Positions 1 to 10,785 are shown, counted from the stretch's first letter. The stretch: DNA of 64,000 nucleotides from Cyanobacteria bacterium LVE1205-1 (GCA_041879355.1 CP089922.1:379910-443909); one strand, 5' to 3'. Notes: generated by a model from the sequence alone, not told the origin. Numbers and translations are program-made.

Positions 1-740
1 GCTTCCACCAATTCCCTTTTACCTGCCACATATCCTCCCGCTGTCACAATGGTTCCTCCGGGATTTTTGATCATTGAGCCGGCAATCAGGTCAGCACCCA
101 CTTCAGGAGGCTCCCTGGTGTCACTAAATTCGCCATAACAATTATCAACGAAGCAAATAAGTTGGGGCTGCTGACGTTTGACAACGGCGATGATCTGGGC
201 AATGTCTTCAATAGAAAGACTGGAGCGCCAAGAATATCCACAGGATCGTTGAATCAAGACCATCCGGGTTTGGGGTTGAATTGCAGTATTGAGGGAAAAC
301 CAATCAACCTCCCCCCTGCTTGTTAAGGGCACTTCACGGTAACTGATGCCAAAATCCTTCAAGGAACCCTGCCCGTCTCCCCGTAAACCAATTACCTCCT
401 CTAACGTATCATAGGGAGCCCCCGCCACTGCCAACAACTCGTCCCCCGGGCGTAAAATACCAAACAACCCACAGGCAATGGCATGGGTACCTGAAACAAA
501 TTGAATCCGTACAGCCGCAGATGGCGCTCCCATCACCTGTGCAAAAACCTGATCCAATACTTGCCGCCCCAAGTCATCATGCCCGTAACCACTAACACTC
601 CCAAAGTGGTGAGACCCTACCCGTTGGGAACGAAAAGCAGTTAATATTTTAAATAAGTTTTTTTTAACTTGATGATCAATCTCCCTAAAAATAGGCAGTA
701 ATTCTTTTTCTGCCTGGCGCACATATTCAGAATGACTCAT
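1..740 (-). CDS. methionine gamma-lyase family protein (YnbB / aluminium-resistance-protein family, PLP-dependent); N-terminal part only, gene runs off the window
   Basis: Absent from the ORF track because it has no stop in the window. My minus-strand translation from ATG 740 reads MSHSEYVRQAEKELLPIFREIDHQ...FGSVSGYGHDDLGR...VSGTHAIACGLFGILRPGDELL...PYDTLEEVIGLRG, which is the typical YnbB family pattern. Confidence 0.8.
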   Translation of the reverse strand, partial: MSHSEYVRQAEKELLPIFREIDHQVKKNLFKILTAFRSQRVGSHHFGSVSGYGHDDLGRQVLDQVFAQVMGAPSAAVRIQFVSGTHAIACGLFGILRPGDELLAVAGAPYDTLEEVIGLRGDGQGSLKDFGISYREVPLTSRGEVDWFSLNTAIQPQTRMVLIQRSCGYSWRSSLSIEDIAQIIAVVKRQQPQLICFVDNCYGEFSDTREPPEVGADLIAGSMIKNPGGTIVTAGGYVAGKRELVE

Positions 741-802
741 TGGTTTTCATTCATAGAATTCAAGGGAATACTATAATTAGGTGGTGATAAAAAACTAACT
801 AT

Positions 803-846
803 AAGAGGGGTCTAAGGGGCGAAACCCCCAACCAATTCCTATTCTT
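803..846 (-). repeat. REP-like short dispersed repeat, copy 1 of 3 (core GATAGGAATTGGTTGGGGGTTT..GCCCC..TAGA.CCCTCTTA)
   Basis: The reverse complement aligns by eye with 23963-24030 and 28706-28752. It contains a G-rich/C-rich hairpin. Confidence 0.6.
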
Positions 847-864
847 GATTGTTTAAGACTAAGA

Positions 865-966
865 GCATCCCAATTTTGCACGTTTGCCCCTATCCCCTAA
901 CCCCTTCTCCCAAAAAAGAAGAAGGGGAACTGGATTGAGGATGTGAAGGCTGAAAAATTGGGATGC
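865..966. mobile_element. MITE-like element of about 100 bp with 13-bp perfect terminal inverted repeats
   Basis: GCATCCCAATTTT at 865-877 pairs with AAAATTGGGATGC at 954-966. There is an internal hairpin CCCCTTCT...AGAAGGGG, and no coding capacity. Confidence 0.55.
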
Positions 967-1262
967 ACCCTTAGGACTACCTCTCATTAATATGGATTTG
1001 ATTCGATTGATTCCTCGCCATAATACGGCGGTTTTTAAAGTTTACCCACCAAATGTATAAACCAATGCAAAAAAATAGCAGTAAACCTTACTTGAATCAC
1101 AATCTTTCCCATAAAATAAATGAAAGACTGTGTCCTGCACTCTTTTGAACATTGATTTACAAGGGGTTAACTTACTGAAAACTTAATATTTTAAATGTAA
1201 AGTATAATAAGTTTGCTATTTATTGTCGTAAAAACTAACCCGTCCACTATCGAGATTGTTGA

Positions 1263-2094
1263 ATGACTGTTGCCACTTCGCCCAAGCTTAACCTGTCCTG
1301 GTCAATCATCCTTTTCATGGCTATTGTTCATCTAGGAGCTCTTTCGCCCTGCTTCCTAGTAACTTGAACTGGAACGCATTTTGTTTAATGTTGCTTTTAC
1401 ACTGGATTACCGGCTGTCTGGGATCACCCTAGGATTCCATCGTTTAGTTGCCCACCGAAGCTTTCAGACTCCTCGATGGCTTGAGTATTTGTTGGTTTTC
1501 TTTGGTTGCTTGGCGTGTCAAAGTGGTCCGATTGAATGGATTGGCTTACATCGACATCATCACCTCTATTCTGACCAAATGGTCGATCATCATGATTCAG
1601 GAAAGGGGTTTTGGTGGAGTCATATTCTGTGGATGTTTTATGAGGTTCCTGCCAAAAAAGAAGTCTCCAAATTCACAAAAGATATTGCCCATGATCCCTT
1701 CTACCAGTTTTTAGAAGCCTACTTTTTACCCATTCAAATCGCATTTGCGATTATTTTATATCTGCTGGGTGGCTGGTCTTTTGTGGTTTGGGGTATTTTT
1801 ATGCGGCTAGTGTTGGTTTATCACTGTACCTGGTTTGTAAACAGCGCCACCCATAAATTTGGTTACCGTACCTATGATGCTGGTGACCGGTCTACCAATT
1901 GTTGGTGGGTGGCTATACTGACCTATGGGGAAGGGTGGCATAATAATCACCATGCCTTTCAATACTCAGCACGCCATGGATTAAACTGGTGGGAGTTTGA
2001 TTTGACCTGGTTAATTATTAAGCTTCTTGAATTCTTCGGGTTGGCAAGTAAAGTCAAACTCCCTGGCAAGGAAGCTTTGGAACTAAGATTATAG
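1263..2094 (+). pseudogene. desC: acyl-lipid delta-9 fatty acid desaturase (DesC type), two frame breaks in the N-terminal region
   Basis: Frame A from ATG 1263 reads MTVATSPKLNLSWSIILFMAIVHLGAL. Frame B reads FALLPSNLNWNAFCLMLLLHWITGCLG. Frame C (track ORF 1381..2094) reads ITLGFHRLVAH...HRHHH...GEGWHNNHH, giving three His boxes. The joins need one more T at 1342-1344 and one more G at 1420-1422. Confidence 0.85.
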
Positions 2095-2116
2095 AATCTG
2101 TATTTTTGGGTTCCCT

Positions 2117-2833
2117 ATGGATGATATACATAACATAATGGCAGCAGACTGCTGGTTCAGTCTTCATCCAAGCCACCCAATCCAATTCAACCAAAATCCC
2201 CAGGTGATTTTTTTGGATGCGGTTGGAACCTTGTTCGGAGTAAAGGGAACGGTGGGAATGATTTATGGGGCGATGGCATCTCAATTTGGGGTTCAAGCCG
2301 AAGTTGCTGATTTGGATCGGTGTTTTGCCCTCCAATGGACTAAAGCTTCCCCCATGGCATTTGGTCAATTGACAGGTGCTACTTTAGTTGAGGCTGAGGT
2401 AAATTGGTGGTATGGGATTGTTTTTTCCATTTTTCAACAATTGGATTTGGTCAATCAATTTTCTGACTTTCCTGCCTTTTTTAGAGCTTTATACCATTAT
2501 TTTGCCTCCCCAGAGCCTTGGTCTGTTTACGATGATGTCATTCCTTCCTTAGTTGAGTGGCAATCTGCGGGGATTGAATTGGGAATCATTTCTAATTTCG
2601 ATTCTCGACTTATCCCCCTTTTACAGTCCCTTAACCTGTCCCACCATTTTAAGTCTGTCACCTATTCCACTGGTGTTGGCAAAGCTAAGCCTGCCATGGA
2701 ACTATTTCAAGTAGCACTAGCAACTCACCATTGCTGCCCCCAAAATGCCTGGCACATTGGAGATAGTGTTAAGGAAGATTACATTGGAGCTACTGCTGCG
2801 GGACTACGGGGTATCTGGTTACAGCGAAATTGA
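2117..2833 (+). CDS. HAD-superfamily hydrolase (subfamily IA, REG-2-like)
   Basis: Motifs FLDAVGTLF, IISNFD and IGDSVKEDYIGATAAG. The true start may be an internal Met. Confidence 0.7.
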   Translation: MDDIHNIMAADCWFSLHPSHPIQFNQNPQVIFLDAVGTLFGVKGTVGMIYGAMASQFGVQAEVADLDRCFALQWTKASPMAFGQLTGATLVEAEVNWWYGIVFSIFQQLDLVNQFSDFPAFFRALYHYFASPEPWSVYDDVIPSLVEWQSAGIELGIISNFDSRLIPLLQSLNLSHHFKSVTYSTGVGKAKPAMELFQVALATHHCCPQNAWHIGDSVKEDYIGATAAGLRGIWLQRN

Positions 2834-2881
2834 TAGATTAGGTCAAGTTCTCTCTAACTTGCGGTTTAATAGATAGTTGGT

Positions 2882-2953
2882 GCGGGCGTAATTCAGTGGT
2901 AGAATGTCAGCTTCCCAAGCTGAACGTCGTGGGTTCGAGTCCCATCGCCCGCT
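2882..2953 (+). tRNA. tRNA-Gly (anticodon CCC)
   Basis: A 72-nt cloverleaf folded by hand. Acceptor GCGGGCG/CGCCCGC, D arm ATTC-AGTGGTA-GAAT, anticodon stem TCAGC/GCTGA with loop TTCCCAA, T arm GTGGG-TTCGAGT-CCCAT, discriminator T. CCA is not encoded. Confidence 0.92.
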
Positions 2954-2990
2954 TTTGAGGTATGAAGTTTAAATCCAAGGGAATTTTGCC

Positions 2991-3530
2991 ATGGTCGTCA
3001 TCATACCCTCCCTGCTTCTTCCTAAGGTATTGAGTATGTTCCGTAAACCCCAGCGGTCTTGGTCTCGTCCAATTGCTGGCAGACGTATGTTCCGTAAGTC
3101 TGGAAGGATGCGTTCAAGCCATTTGGCTGCCATTGTACTTCCCGACCGAGATGCCGCAATGAGCGGATACCGATTGCTACAACACCATGGTATTTCTCCA
3201 GAACATATTGCAATTGTGGGTTATGGCTATAACACGCCGGAACAGGTGGGAATATTAAGACCACTGGACCATGGGATTCAATTTGCCAATCGTACTGTTG
3301 TCCATGGATGGGGATTTGGTTTTGCCGTAGGTTTGGTTTTTGTGGTAGTGATTTTACTAGGGGGGATACCCATGACAGGGCAGCTGTTGATTATCATTCC
3401 CCTACTGGGCATAACGTTTGGTTTTCTGTCAGCTATTGCAGGCAGTATTGTTCGGGTTTTGTGGCGAGGGTTATTTTTCTGGGTTATGCCGTTTTCAATT
3501 AAGACAGGGGCGGTACTTAATCATGATTGA
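2991..3530 (+). CDS. hypothetical membrane protein
   Basis: Track ORF with a soluble N-terminal domain and then glycine-rich hydrophobic helices (GWGFGFAVGLVFVVVILLGG...). A likelier start is Met at 3036 (MFRKPQRSW). The family was not recognised. Confidence 0.45.
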   Translation: MVVIIPSLLLPKVLSMFRKPQRSWSRPIAGRRMFRKSGRMRSSHLAAIVLPDRDAAMSGYRLLQHHGISPEHIAIVGYGYNTPEQVGILRPLDHGIQFANRTVVHGWGFGFAVGLVFVVVILLGGIPMTGQLLIIIPLLGITFGFLSAIAGSIVRVLWRGLFFWVMPFSIKTGAVLNHD

Positions 3531-3597
3531 GGGAACCGAAAAATTGGTGATCCGGGGCAGGATATTTTAGGAGAGTTTTGGAGTCTGAAAATTTGAC

Positions 3598-4169
3598 GTG
3601 ATGATGTTACCTGTCCATACCCAAAAAGCAAATCTTCGACAAACCTTACTACCACAACGGAGATCCCTGCCAAAGGCAGATTGGCACAGCCGTAGTCAGG
3701 CGATATGTGCCCATCTCCAAAGAAATGATTGTTTTAACCAAGCCCGCACCATCCTCTCTTATTTTAGTTTTCATCAAGAACCATGCCTATACTCTCTAAT
3801 TGAATTGCCGAAAGTCTGGGGTTTCCCTCGTTGTGTGGGTTCATCGTTGGTCTGGCATCAGTGGTCCATAGGGCTTCCATTACAAGTAGGGAAATACGGC
3901 ATTCTAGAACCTGACCCTAACCTTCCATTGGTTGAATCAACTCAAGCTGACTTAATATTAGTGCCGGCTATCGGGTGTGATCATCGTGGGTACCGGTTGG
4001 GATACGGGGGTGGCTACTATGATCGATTGATGGGTGAATCATCATGGAAAAAAAAATGACCATTGGCATCATTTTTGAATTTGCCTATTTGCCAGAGTTG
4101 CCCGTTGACCCGTGGGATCAACCCCTTTCCCTGGTGTGTACAGAACTGGGAATTAGAAATTGTCGTTGA
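3598..4169 (+). pseudogene. 5-formyltetrahydrofolate cyclo-ligase, frame break in an A9 run
   Basis: Track ORF 3598..4059 ends ...GYRLGYGGGYYDRLMGESSWKKK*. The next frame continues TIGIIFEFAYLPELPVDPWDQPLSLVCTELGI to TGA 4167-4169. The break is at A-run 4048-4056. Confidence 0.8.
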
Positions 4170-4460
4170 CACTCTTTTGACATACTCACCGGGCTGAAGC
4201 CACGGTGATTCTTGACAGTTGACAGCAACTAGCCTCCGAAGAGGTCTTACAGTCGCTCCCCGTCCGTTGAGAGTCTCCCAATGCCCTATGGTGACTTTGT
4301 TCTATATTCTTTGCTGCATTCTCATCCCAGTCGTGTTCAGTGTCACACATTCAGGCATCGAACCGCATGTGCTAATTTCTTCTGGGGGTCGCCAACTCTA
4401 CAGTTATGCTTGGAGTAATCAGGACTTTCAGCGTTTTCACCATTACTCATGACCGCAAAC
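4165..4460 (-). mobile_element. IS200/IS605-family right-end remnant: TnpB C-terminal tail plus omega-RNA-like scaffold, no intact ORF
   Basis: The minus-strand translation contains ..CDTEHDWDENAAKNIEQ.. (the DRD-NAA-NI signature of TnpB), followed by SHHRALGDSQRTG... It ends GAATCACCGTGGCTTCAGCCCGGTGAGTATGTCAA, a hairpin typical of TnpB-associated right ends. Confidence 0.5.
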
Positions 4461-4495
4461 GTGTTTATCCCTAAGTCAATTGCAACACCCCATAA

Positions 4496-5637
4496 TTAGG
4501 CAGTGCTTAATTGATGCTTTTGCTGGATTAAGCTTCCATACAAGGATTCAATTTGGGTAATATTTTGGCTGAGGGTGTAACGTTCCAAAACCCGTTGACG
4601 AGCTTTAAAACCCATAATACCTGATAATTCTGGTTGGTCACGAAGTACAGGGAGGAGAACCCGCAATTGAGAGAGTACTCTTTGGGGGTCAAGTACAATT
4701 CCAGCCCCACCTTCAATTGCTTCTCCATCGGCACCGGCATCGGTTGCCAAACACGCCACCCCACAGGACATGGCTTCCAGGAGAGATAGGGACAATCCTT
4801 CCACTAAGGAAGGCAGAATGAACACATCTGCGCTTTGAAGAATTTCAATACGTCGATTTTCATCCCCCACAAACCCTAACCAGTGGATGCCAAGGTCTGC
4901 TCCATAGAACAGCTTTAATGAAGATTTGAGTGGGCCATCCCCACAATTACCAGCTGGGAGTTTGGTCCCATTTCAGCTTTTTTCCAAGCCTTCACCATGG
5001 GTTCTATATTTTTTTCAAGGGCAATTCGTCCCTGATAAACAAAGAGGCGATCGCATCCGATTTCAGTTTTGAAACCAGAATAACCAGGACAATACTTATG
5101 GGTATTCACGCCATTGGGAATTACCACCACCCGATCCATGGGCACTCCCAACCGTACCAATAAATCCTGTTGAATGCGGGAGAAAACAATCACCCGATCA
5201 TAATTGGCTAGGAATGGGGCATACAGCTGGTACATCAAATGTTGGGTGCCAGAAGTAAGATTGCGTAACTTCCGGTCAAAGGGAGGATGAAAGGTTGCCA
5301 CTAGGGGCAGGTTCAGTTCATCACAGATTTCTGGTAGGACAAAATCAAGGGGGGACAGAGTTAGTGACGCATGGACAACATCAGGACGGAGTTGACGAAG
5401 GGATGAAGCAAGAATTTTACTCGACTTAAACGAAGGAATGGTATAAATCTGAGATTTATACAGGCAAGGGATGGGAACTTCCCCCAGTTCCCGGTGGAGG
5501 TCTTCTTGGGAATCCTCTTGGGCAAAATGAAGAAAACTAACGTCATAACCCCGATCTAATAAGGCGTTGGTCACCTCTCGGCTGTAGGTAACATTGCCAC
5601 AAAAAGGTGATTTTTTGCCTAGCCAAGCAATATGCAT
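4496..5637 (-). pseudogene. glycosyltransferase family 4 (group 1), one frame break
   Basis: The N-terminal ORF 4915..5637 ends ..QLVIVG. The next frame reads DGPLKSSLKLFYGADLGIHWLGFVGDENRRIEILQSADVFILPSLVEGLSLSLLEAMSCG, joining ORF 4496..4870. The break is in the run at 4939-4942. Confidence 0.8.
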
Positions 5638-5798
5638 GGAAGTTAACCTGAACCATCAATAGTCTTTAAGTGTTCATGAGTCTGAAGATTTTACAATTTT
5701 TGTCAACTTGTATGACTAAAACATAGATGAATTTCATCCTGTCTTGCAAACATCACTCACTTTAATATTACAGAATATTGCTGATTTTTTTAGTATTT

Positions 5799-7481
5799 TT
5801 AAGGTTTTTGTGAAGTTGGTAAAGAAATTTGCCAACTTAACAGACTGCCAATTGTGGAAAGTGCTGCCAACCCAAGAAAAACAGTTCGAAATCCGAGAAA
5901 AGTCTCTGATACCCCCGCCAATGCCAAAGGCAGGCTAAGGGCAATATTAACAAGGTTGTTTTGCAGCCCAAATACTTTTCCACGCATCTCCAATGCCGTT
6001 TCCTGTTGGATAAGGGTTTGTAGGGGTATGGCAATTAACGCTGAAAATCCTCCAATGGTGGCAAGTAGGATTAGGGCGGGCAGTAGATGTTGACCAAACA
6101 AGCCTAAGCCAGCTAGGGCGCCTGCTAAACCAATGGATCCATAAAGGCTTAAACGAGAGTGGGAACCAGTTTGTCCCCCATGACCAATGATGGCTGCACT
6201 ACTGGCCATTCCAACTCCACCGGCGGCTAACAGAAAGCCGAACTGAGAGGATTTAATTTCAGGAATGATTTCAGCCATCCTTACGGATAAAACAGCAATG
6301 GCAGCAAAGATTGAATACAGACCAATTAATTGAACCAATGCCGCTCGCAATCTCCTTGTTTCTCCTAAATAGCGTATTCCCTCCCATAGATCTTCAAAAA
6401 TATGGGTGGATCGTTCAAGAACTATAGTTTCTTTTTCACTGATCTTTAATAGTAGCAGTAACAATCCAGCAACTAGGTAACCACCACCAACTACGATTTC
6501 CTTACCACTGTTGATCCCCACCTGAGAAAAGAGGGTATCGGCGATCGCCAGAGTTGGTTCCCCAATTGCCAGTCCCACAATCACGGAAGCCATCATGGTT
6601 GTTGCATAGAGGGAATTAGCTGATAGTAAATGTTGGGGGGCAACCAAGAGGGGTATTGCCGATTGTTCAGCGGGGGCAAAAAACTGGGTTAGGGTAGATA
6701 CCAACAACGTCACCAGCAACAGTACCATAAAATTGAGAGGGATGGTGCCCACTACTACCGAATGACCGGAAACCCAGAGAAAAAAAGGTAAGCCCAAGAC
6801 TAATAATCCCCGTAGTAAGTTAGTGACTACTAAAACTAACCGTTTGGGCCATCGGTCAACAAACGCTCCGGCAATGGAGCCAAAGAGTACTGCGGGGACA
6901 GTAAAGGCAATCATGATGGAAGAAACCCACCCACTAATGGATTGGTCTTGGGATTGAAAAAGGCTATCAATCAATGCAATCATCAAAACCAAGTAAACCT
7001 TATCCGCAAGTTGGGAAAAAACCTGTCCACTCCAAAGGGTCAGAAAGTTGGGATTACGCAGTACGGGTAAAAATCCAGATTCAGTGGCAGATGCTTCTAT
7101 GTGGGGATGGGAAATAGGGTCGGTAAGGTCTAGGGGTGGATGGTTGGCAAGACCATTTGAATGCTCCACAGAATTAGTCAGTTCCCCGACTGGAATGGAT
7201 GGTGCATTCCCATCCGGTGTCAGAGTTGGGGTTTGATGCGGGGGGATAAAACCATTCTCTCTGTTGGGGAGTAGACGTTCAGTCTGAGGAAAAGCTGGGT
7301 TGACTCCATAGTTGGCTTCTAAACCTGAACCAAGATGACCACCAGATTCCAAATCTGTCTCAAAGTATGAATCTGTGAGCATTGGAAAGGAAGGAATAGG
7401 GTCTGACAACTTGGTCATCATTGAATTACCAGATAAAGTAGTAGGAATTAATAGTGAACTTGACACCCTTCCGATGCTCAT
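5799..7481 (-). CDS. MFS transporter with a long low-complexity N-terminal extension
   Basis: About 12 predicted TM helices after LRNPNFLTLWSGQVFSQLADKVYLVLMIALI. The first 140 or so residues are non-membrane, and the true start may be internal. Confidence 0.7.
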   Translation of the reverse strand: MSIGRVSSSLLIPTTLSGNSMMTKLSDPIPSFPMLTDSYFETDLESGGHLGSGLEANYGVNPAFPQTERLLPNRENGFIPPHQTPTLTPDGNAPSIPVGELTNSVEHSNGLANHPPLDLTDPISHPHIEASATESGFLPVLRNPNFLTLWSGQVFSQLADKVYLVLMIALIDSLFQSQDQSISGWVSSIMIAFTVPAVLFGSIAGAFVDRWPKRLVLVVTNLLRGLLVLGLPFFLWVSGHSVVVGTIPLNFMVLLLVTLLVSTLTQFFAPAEQSAIPLLVAPQHLLSANSLYATTMMASVIVGLAIGEPTLAIADTLFSQVGINSGKEIVVGGGYLVAGLLLLLLKISEKETIVLERSTHIFEDLWEGIRYLGETRRLRAALVQLIGLYSIFAAIAVLSVRMAEIIPEIKSSQFGFLLAAGGVGMASSAAIIGHGGQTGSHSRLSLYGSIGLAGALAGLGLFGQHLLPALILLATIGGFSALIAIPLQTLIQQETALEMRGKVFGLQNNLVNIALSLPLALAGVSETFLGFRTVFLGLAALSTIGSLLSWQISLPTSQKP

Positions 7482-7589
7482 CCTAGGGGGTAGAGTGGGG
7501 GCTTCCCTCCCTCGCGGTTGGTTTTTCTTGCTTCAATTGACCGAACATTTACCCCAGTTTTTCTAGTTTTTTTGCTTTGCAAGAGCAGG

Positions 7590-7856
7590 CTACCCAATCA
7601 ACGCTACTATACCAGTGAAGTATATGGGTTTCCCAGCCAAACCTTGGATAGACTCGGTTAGTTGTAGGTCAAATTCAACATGTTTGCATTCTAACAGATT
7701 TATGCTGTCTGCCAGAACCCACCCATAGTGGGGCGCGACATCAAATACCTTAATGGTAGCGGAAAGTCCATGGATCCTGTGTTGAAAAAGACCAGAACTG
7801 ATAGCTTCCTTGCTAAAGGAAGCATCGCTTATTCGGGCAGTGACCCAGAAAAACAA
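7590..7856 (-). CDS. hypothetical protein (weak call, TTG start, overlaps the recO 3' end)
   Basis: An 88-aa track ORF with no recognisable family and no canonical ATG. Confidence 0.2.
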   Translation of the reverse strand: MFFWVTARISDASFSKEAISSGLFQHRIHGLSATIKVFDVAPHYGWVLADSINLLECKHVEFDLQLTESIQGLAGKPIYFTGIVALIG

Positions 7857-8753
7857 GCCTCCAATAAACTGGCTGAACGAATCACTCGTTCTAAATGATA
7901 GTGGACATAGTGTCTAAGAACCCGCTCCACCTTCAGACTAGTCGTTAGCAGGTCAATCGGTTGGAGATGAGAAAAAGGAGGTTCAAATTCCCCTCTGGTT
8001 GGGTTAGTTGTTGTAAAAGCCAGGCTTCTTGAGCGGTGAGCCAAAAAATACACTGGGAAGGTTTTTCCCATTTTACCGGTTCCAGGCAACCCCTAGGGGA
8101 ATTCGGGGGGTTTAAGGTTGGCTTTCCAACTGCTGAGGGGGTGGGAGACGGTTGTACCATTGATGGAAGTGCTGCCAAACAGACCATCCCTCCCATTTCA
8201 GGACTAAATCCCACCCGCCAGTCGCAGTCATTCAGTTCGGGGATGATGGTTGCTTGGGTGAGGCAACACCTATGAATACGGGGGAGACCCCCGCAAGAGT
8301 TAATAAGTCATAAATTCCTTGGTTTAAGTAAATCAATGCCTTCCCTTGGAAATAATTTAGGGGTTCATGCTCCAACTGTTCCAGACGGTTGAGGTGGGTT
8401 GTCAGAGAGGTAAACAGTTGTTCTTGGGGTTGTTCACTCAATGCCTGTGTCAAAACCAATTCTGCCAGATATTGACTGATGGTCAATTTAGATAAATGTT
8501 GACTGAGGCGCGGATAGGACTCAATGGTTTCTGCTTGTATGACCTTATCCAGATTACGTCCTCTCACTATCAGCAGGTGATTAACCACAAATAAACTACT
8601 TCGTCCTCCTAAGGAAGACTTATGTTTGCGAGCCCCTGGAACGATGGCACGGACTAAGCCTTCTTCCCGGGTCAGGATGGTAAGAAGGCGATCGTAGTCT
8701 CCCATTGGCATTGATTTCAAATTAATGCCAGTGACTTTGTAAGTACTAGTCAT
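7829..8753 (-). pseudogene. recO: DNA repair protein RecO, two frame breaks
   Basis: ORF 8232..8753 is the RecO OB-fold N-terminus. The next frame gives [34 protein letters not shown] (zinc-finger region). The next gives EFEPPFSHLQPIDLLTTSLKVERVLRHYVHYHLERVIRSASLLEA. The breaks are in the runs at 8280-8284 and 7990-7993. Confidence 0.8.
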
Positions 8754-10785
8754 TGCCCCCTGTATGGGTAAATAAAGGACAGACTGACTCCGATTCCCCC
8801 ATTACCGGGAAATCAAACCAAAAAGTGGTACCGATGCCCACTTCACTCACCAGATGAATGGTAGTATGATGCTTTTCAATAATATTTCTAACAATGGAAA
8901 GTCCTAAACCGGTTCCTTCCAGGGTATGTACCCGGTTCTCCACCCGGAAAAAACGATCGAATATTGCTTGCTGGTCTTCATGGTCAATGCCAATACCTGT
9001 ATCGCCAATTTCAATACGGACAACGTGGGGGATTTTGTTGGTTCCCTGTAGGTGACTATAAAATTCCAGTTCCTCAAATTTTTGCAGTTGTTCATCTGCA
9101 AGGGAAATAGTATAGGCACGAAGGATTACCCTTCCCCCAAAATGGGTAAACTTTAAGGCATTGCCCATTAAATTAGTTAATACTTGCAACAGTAAATCAT
9201 AGTTGCCAATGATGGGGGATAGGTTAGAACTAATTTCATGGATCAATTCAATTCCTTTATCACGGGCATTGAGGGAATGGGAGCGAATGACCTGCTCAAT
9301 GGGTTGAACAATATCCACGGGCTCTAAGGGGTAAGTTTTGCCTGACTCCAGTCGAGAAAGGTCTAGCATATCGTTAACTAGGCGAGTTAGTCGATCAGTT
9401 TCTCGATTTGCAGTTTCTAAAAATTCCTGTTGTTCTTCAGGTTGTAAACTATCCCCATATTCTTGTAAGGTTTCGATGAAGGATTTAATGTTGAAGAGGG
9501 GAGTGCGTAGCTCGTGGGACACATTACTAATGAATTGGCTTTTCGCTTCATTTAACTCGGCTTCTCTGGTAATGTCTTGGATCGTCATTGCTACCCCCTT
9601 CACTGTTTCTCGATAGATATCTAGAACAGTAGTTAGTAAAATTCTGACGGTGCGCTTAAATGGATCATTCAAGGTAATTCGAAACTCAGCCCCGTCCCGG
9701 TCCCGATCGCCCCCCATAATTTGAAATAGGGTTCGGGTAATCTCTACTTTCATGGGTGTTGGCAAAATGTACAAAACATTTTGTCCCACTACCCTATCAT
9801 TTTCCCAATTCAGCAACCGTTTTGCAGTTGGATTGGCTAAAACCACTTGCATGTCATTGTTCAGTAATACTGCTCCATCCACAATGGTTGAAACCAAGGT
9901 TTCAAGTTTGGCTTTCTCAGATGTTAGTTCTTCAATATTTTGCTCTTCATATTTTTCCAGTCGTTCAGCCATCAGGTTGAAACTAGAAATCAGTTCTCCT
10001 AATTCTCCACCAAAGGGAAGATTGATGCGTTGTTGAAAATTTCCATCGGTAATATTTTTGACTCCTAAGGATAATTCTTTAATGGGACGGGTGATGGTTA
10101 AGGCATTAAATACCGCGCCCAAAATGACTAACACCCAGATGGTAATAAATGTGGCGATAGTAACATCAATAGTTAAATGGGAGGATGTTCCTACGGTGGG
10201 GTTGGGATTAATTCCAATTGCCAGAGCACCGAAAAAATCATTGTCTTGTACTAATGGTACAAAAACATCAGTCACGTTCCCATCGGGGGTAGGATGTTGA
10301 CGCACGACTGGTAGGCGATTGCCATCGGCATACCCATCTGGCAACTCAATTCGTCGATGAAGAGTCAAAGAATTTTCAACGGTGGAATCAGAGAATGGGA
10401 TACCAAACCGAATTTCCCCTGATCCATCCGCATACAAAATATACCGAACACTGGAAGTGCTTTCATAAAAACGCCGTGAAAATTGGGCAGCTTCCGTAAA
10501 CTGTTCTGATGCGACTAACGGAGCTACGTTAGTTGCTAACAACAACCCTAAATCTCTACCAAAGCGTGTGTCTGTGAACCGGGCATCCATCTGAATGGTA
10601 TTGACTGCCCAGAAGGTTAGTCCACTCATGAGTAAGGATACGACAAAGGTTGCTGCCGCTAATAACTTGGTCTGGAGCGTAAAGCCTGTCCACCATCGAC
10701 TGATTAGATTTCTGCAGATATGAAAGAACGTGAACATTGGTAAAATGTCAAGGGTGGGAATGGGGGTTTGAACATCAATAACCAT
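8746..10785 (-). CDS. nblS: sensor histidine kinase, NblS/Hik33 (DspA) type
   Basis: Two N-terminal TM segments, HAMP, PAS, H-box SHELRTPL and an HATPase_c domain. The N-terminal region [44 protein letters not shown] resembles NblS. It overlaps the recO start by 8 nt. Confidence 0.75.
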   Translation of the reverse strand: MVIDVQTPIPTLDILPMFTFFHICRNLISRWWTGFTLQTKLLAAATFVVSLLMSGLTFWAVNTIQMDARFTDTRFGRDLGLLLATNVAPLVASEQFTEAAQFSRRFYESTSSVRYILYADGSGEIRFGIPFSDSTVENSLTLHRRIELPDGYADGNRLPVVRQHPTPDGNVTDVFVPLVQDNDFFGALAIGINPNPTVGTSSHLTIDVTIATFITIWVLVILGAVFNALTITRPIKELSLGVKNITDGNFQQRINLPFGGELGELISSFNLMAERLEKYEEQNIEELTSEKAKLETLVSTIVDGAVLLNNDMQVVLANPTAKRLLNWENDRVVGQNVLYILPTPMKVEITRTLFQIMGGDRDRDGAEFRITLNDPFKRTVRILLTTVLDIYRETVKGVAMTIQDITREAELNEAKSQFISNVSHELRTPLFNIKSFIETLQEYGDSLQPEEQQEFLETANRETDRLTRLVNDMLDLSRLESGKTYPLEPVDIVQPIEQVIRSHSLNARDKGIELIHEISSNLSPIIGNYDLLLQVLTNLMGNALKFTHFGGRVILRAYTISLADEQLQKFEELEFYSHLQGTNKIPHVVRIEIGDTGIGIDHEDQQAIFDRFFRVENRVHTLEGTGLGLSIVRNIIEKHHTTIHLVSEVGIGTTFWFDFPVMGESESVCPLFTHTGGND

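Noticed and set aside
4048-4056. The A9 run in the cyclo-ligase gene as a programmed ribosomal frameshift or transcriptional slippage site.
   Set aside because: The same kind of break occurs at about 25 other positions, in runs as short as three bases, in unrelated genes. A general technical or mutational cause is far more economical.
7975-8000. A tRNA-like T-arm string, GGTTCAAATTCC.
   Set aside because: The flanks do not form a T stem or an acceptor stem, and it lies inside recO coding sequence.
7945-8214. Track ORFs 7945..8214 and 7829..8089 as independent small genes.
   Set aside because: They are consecutive C-terminal pieces of recO, separated by single-base losses.
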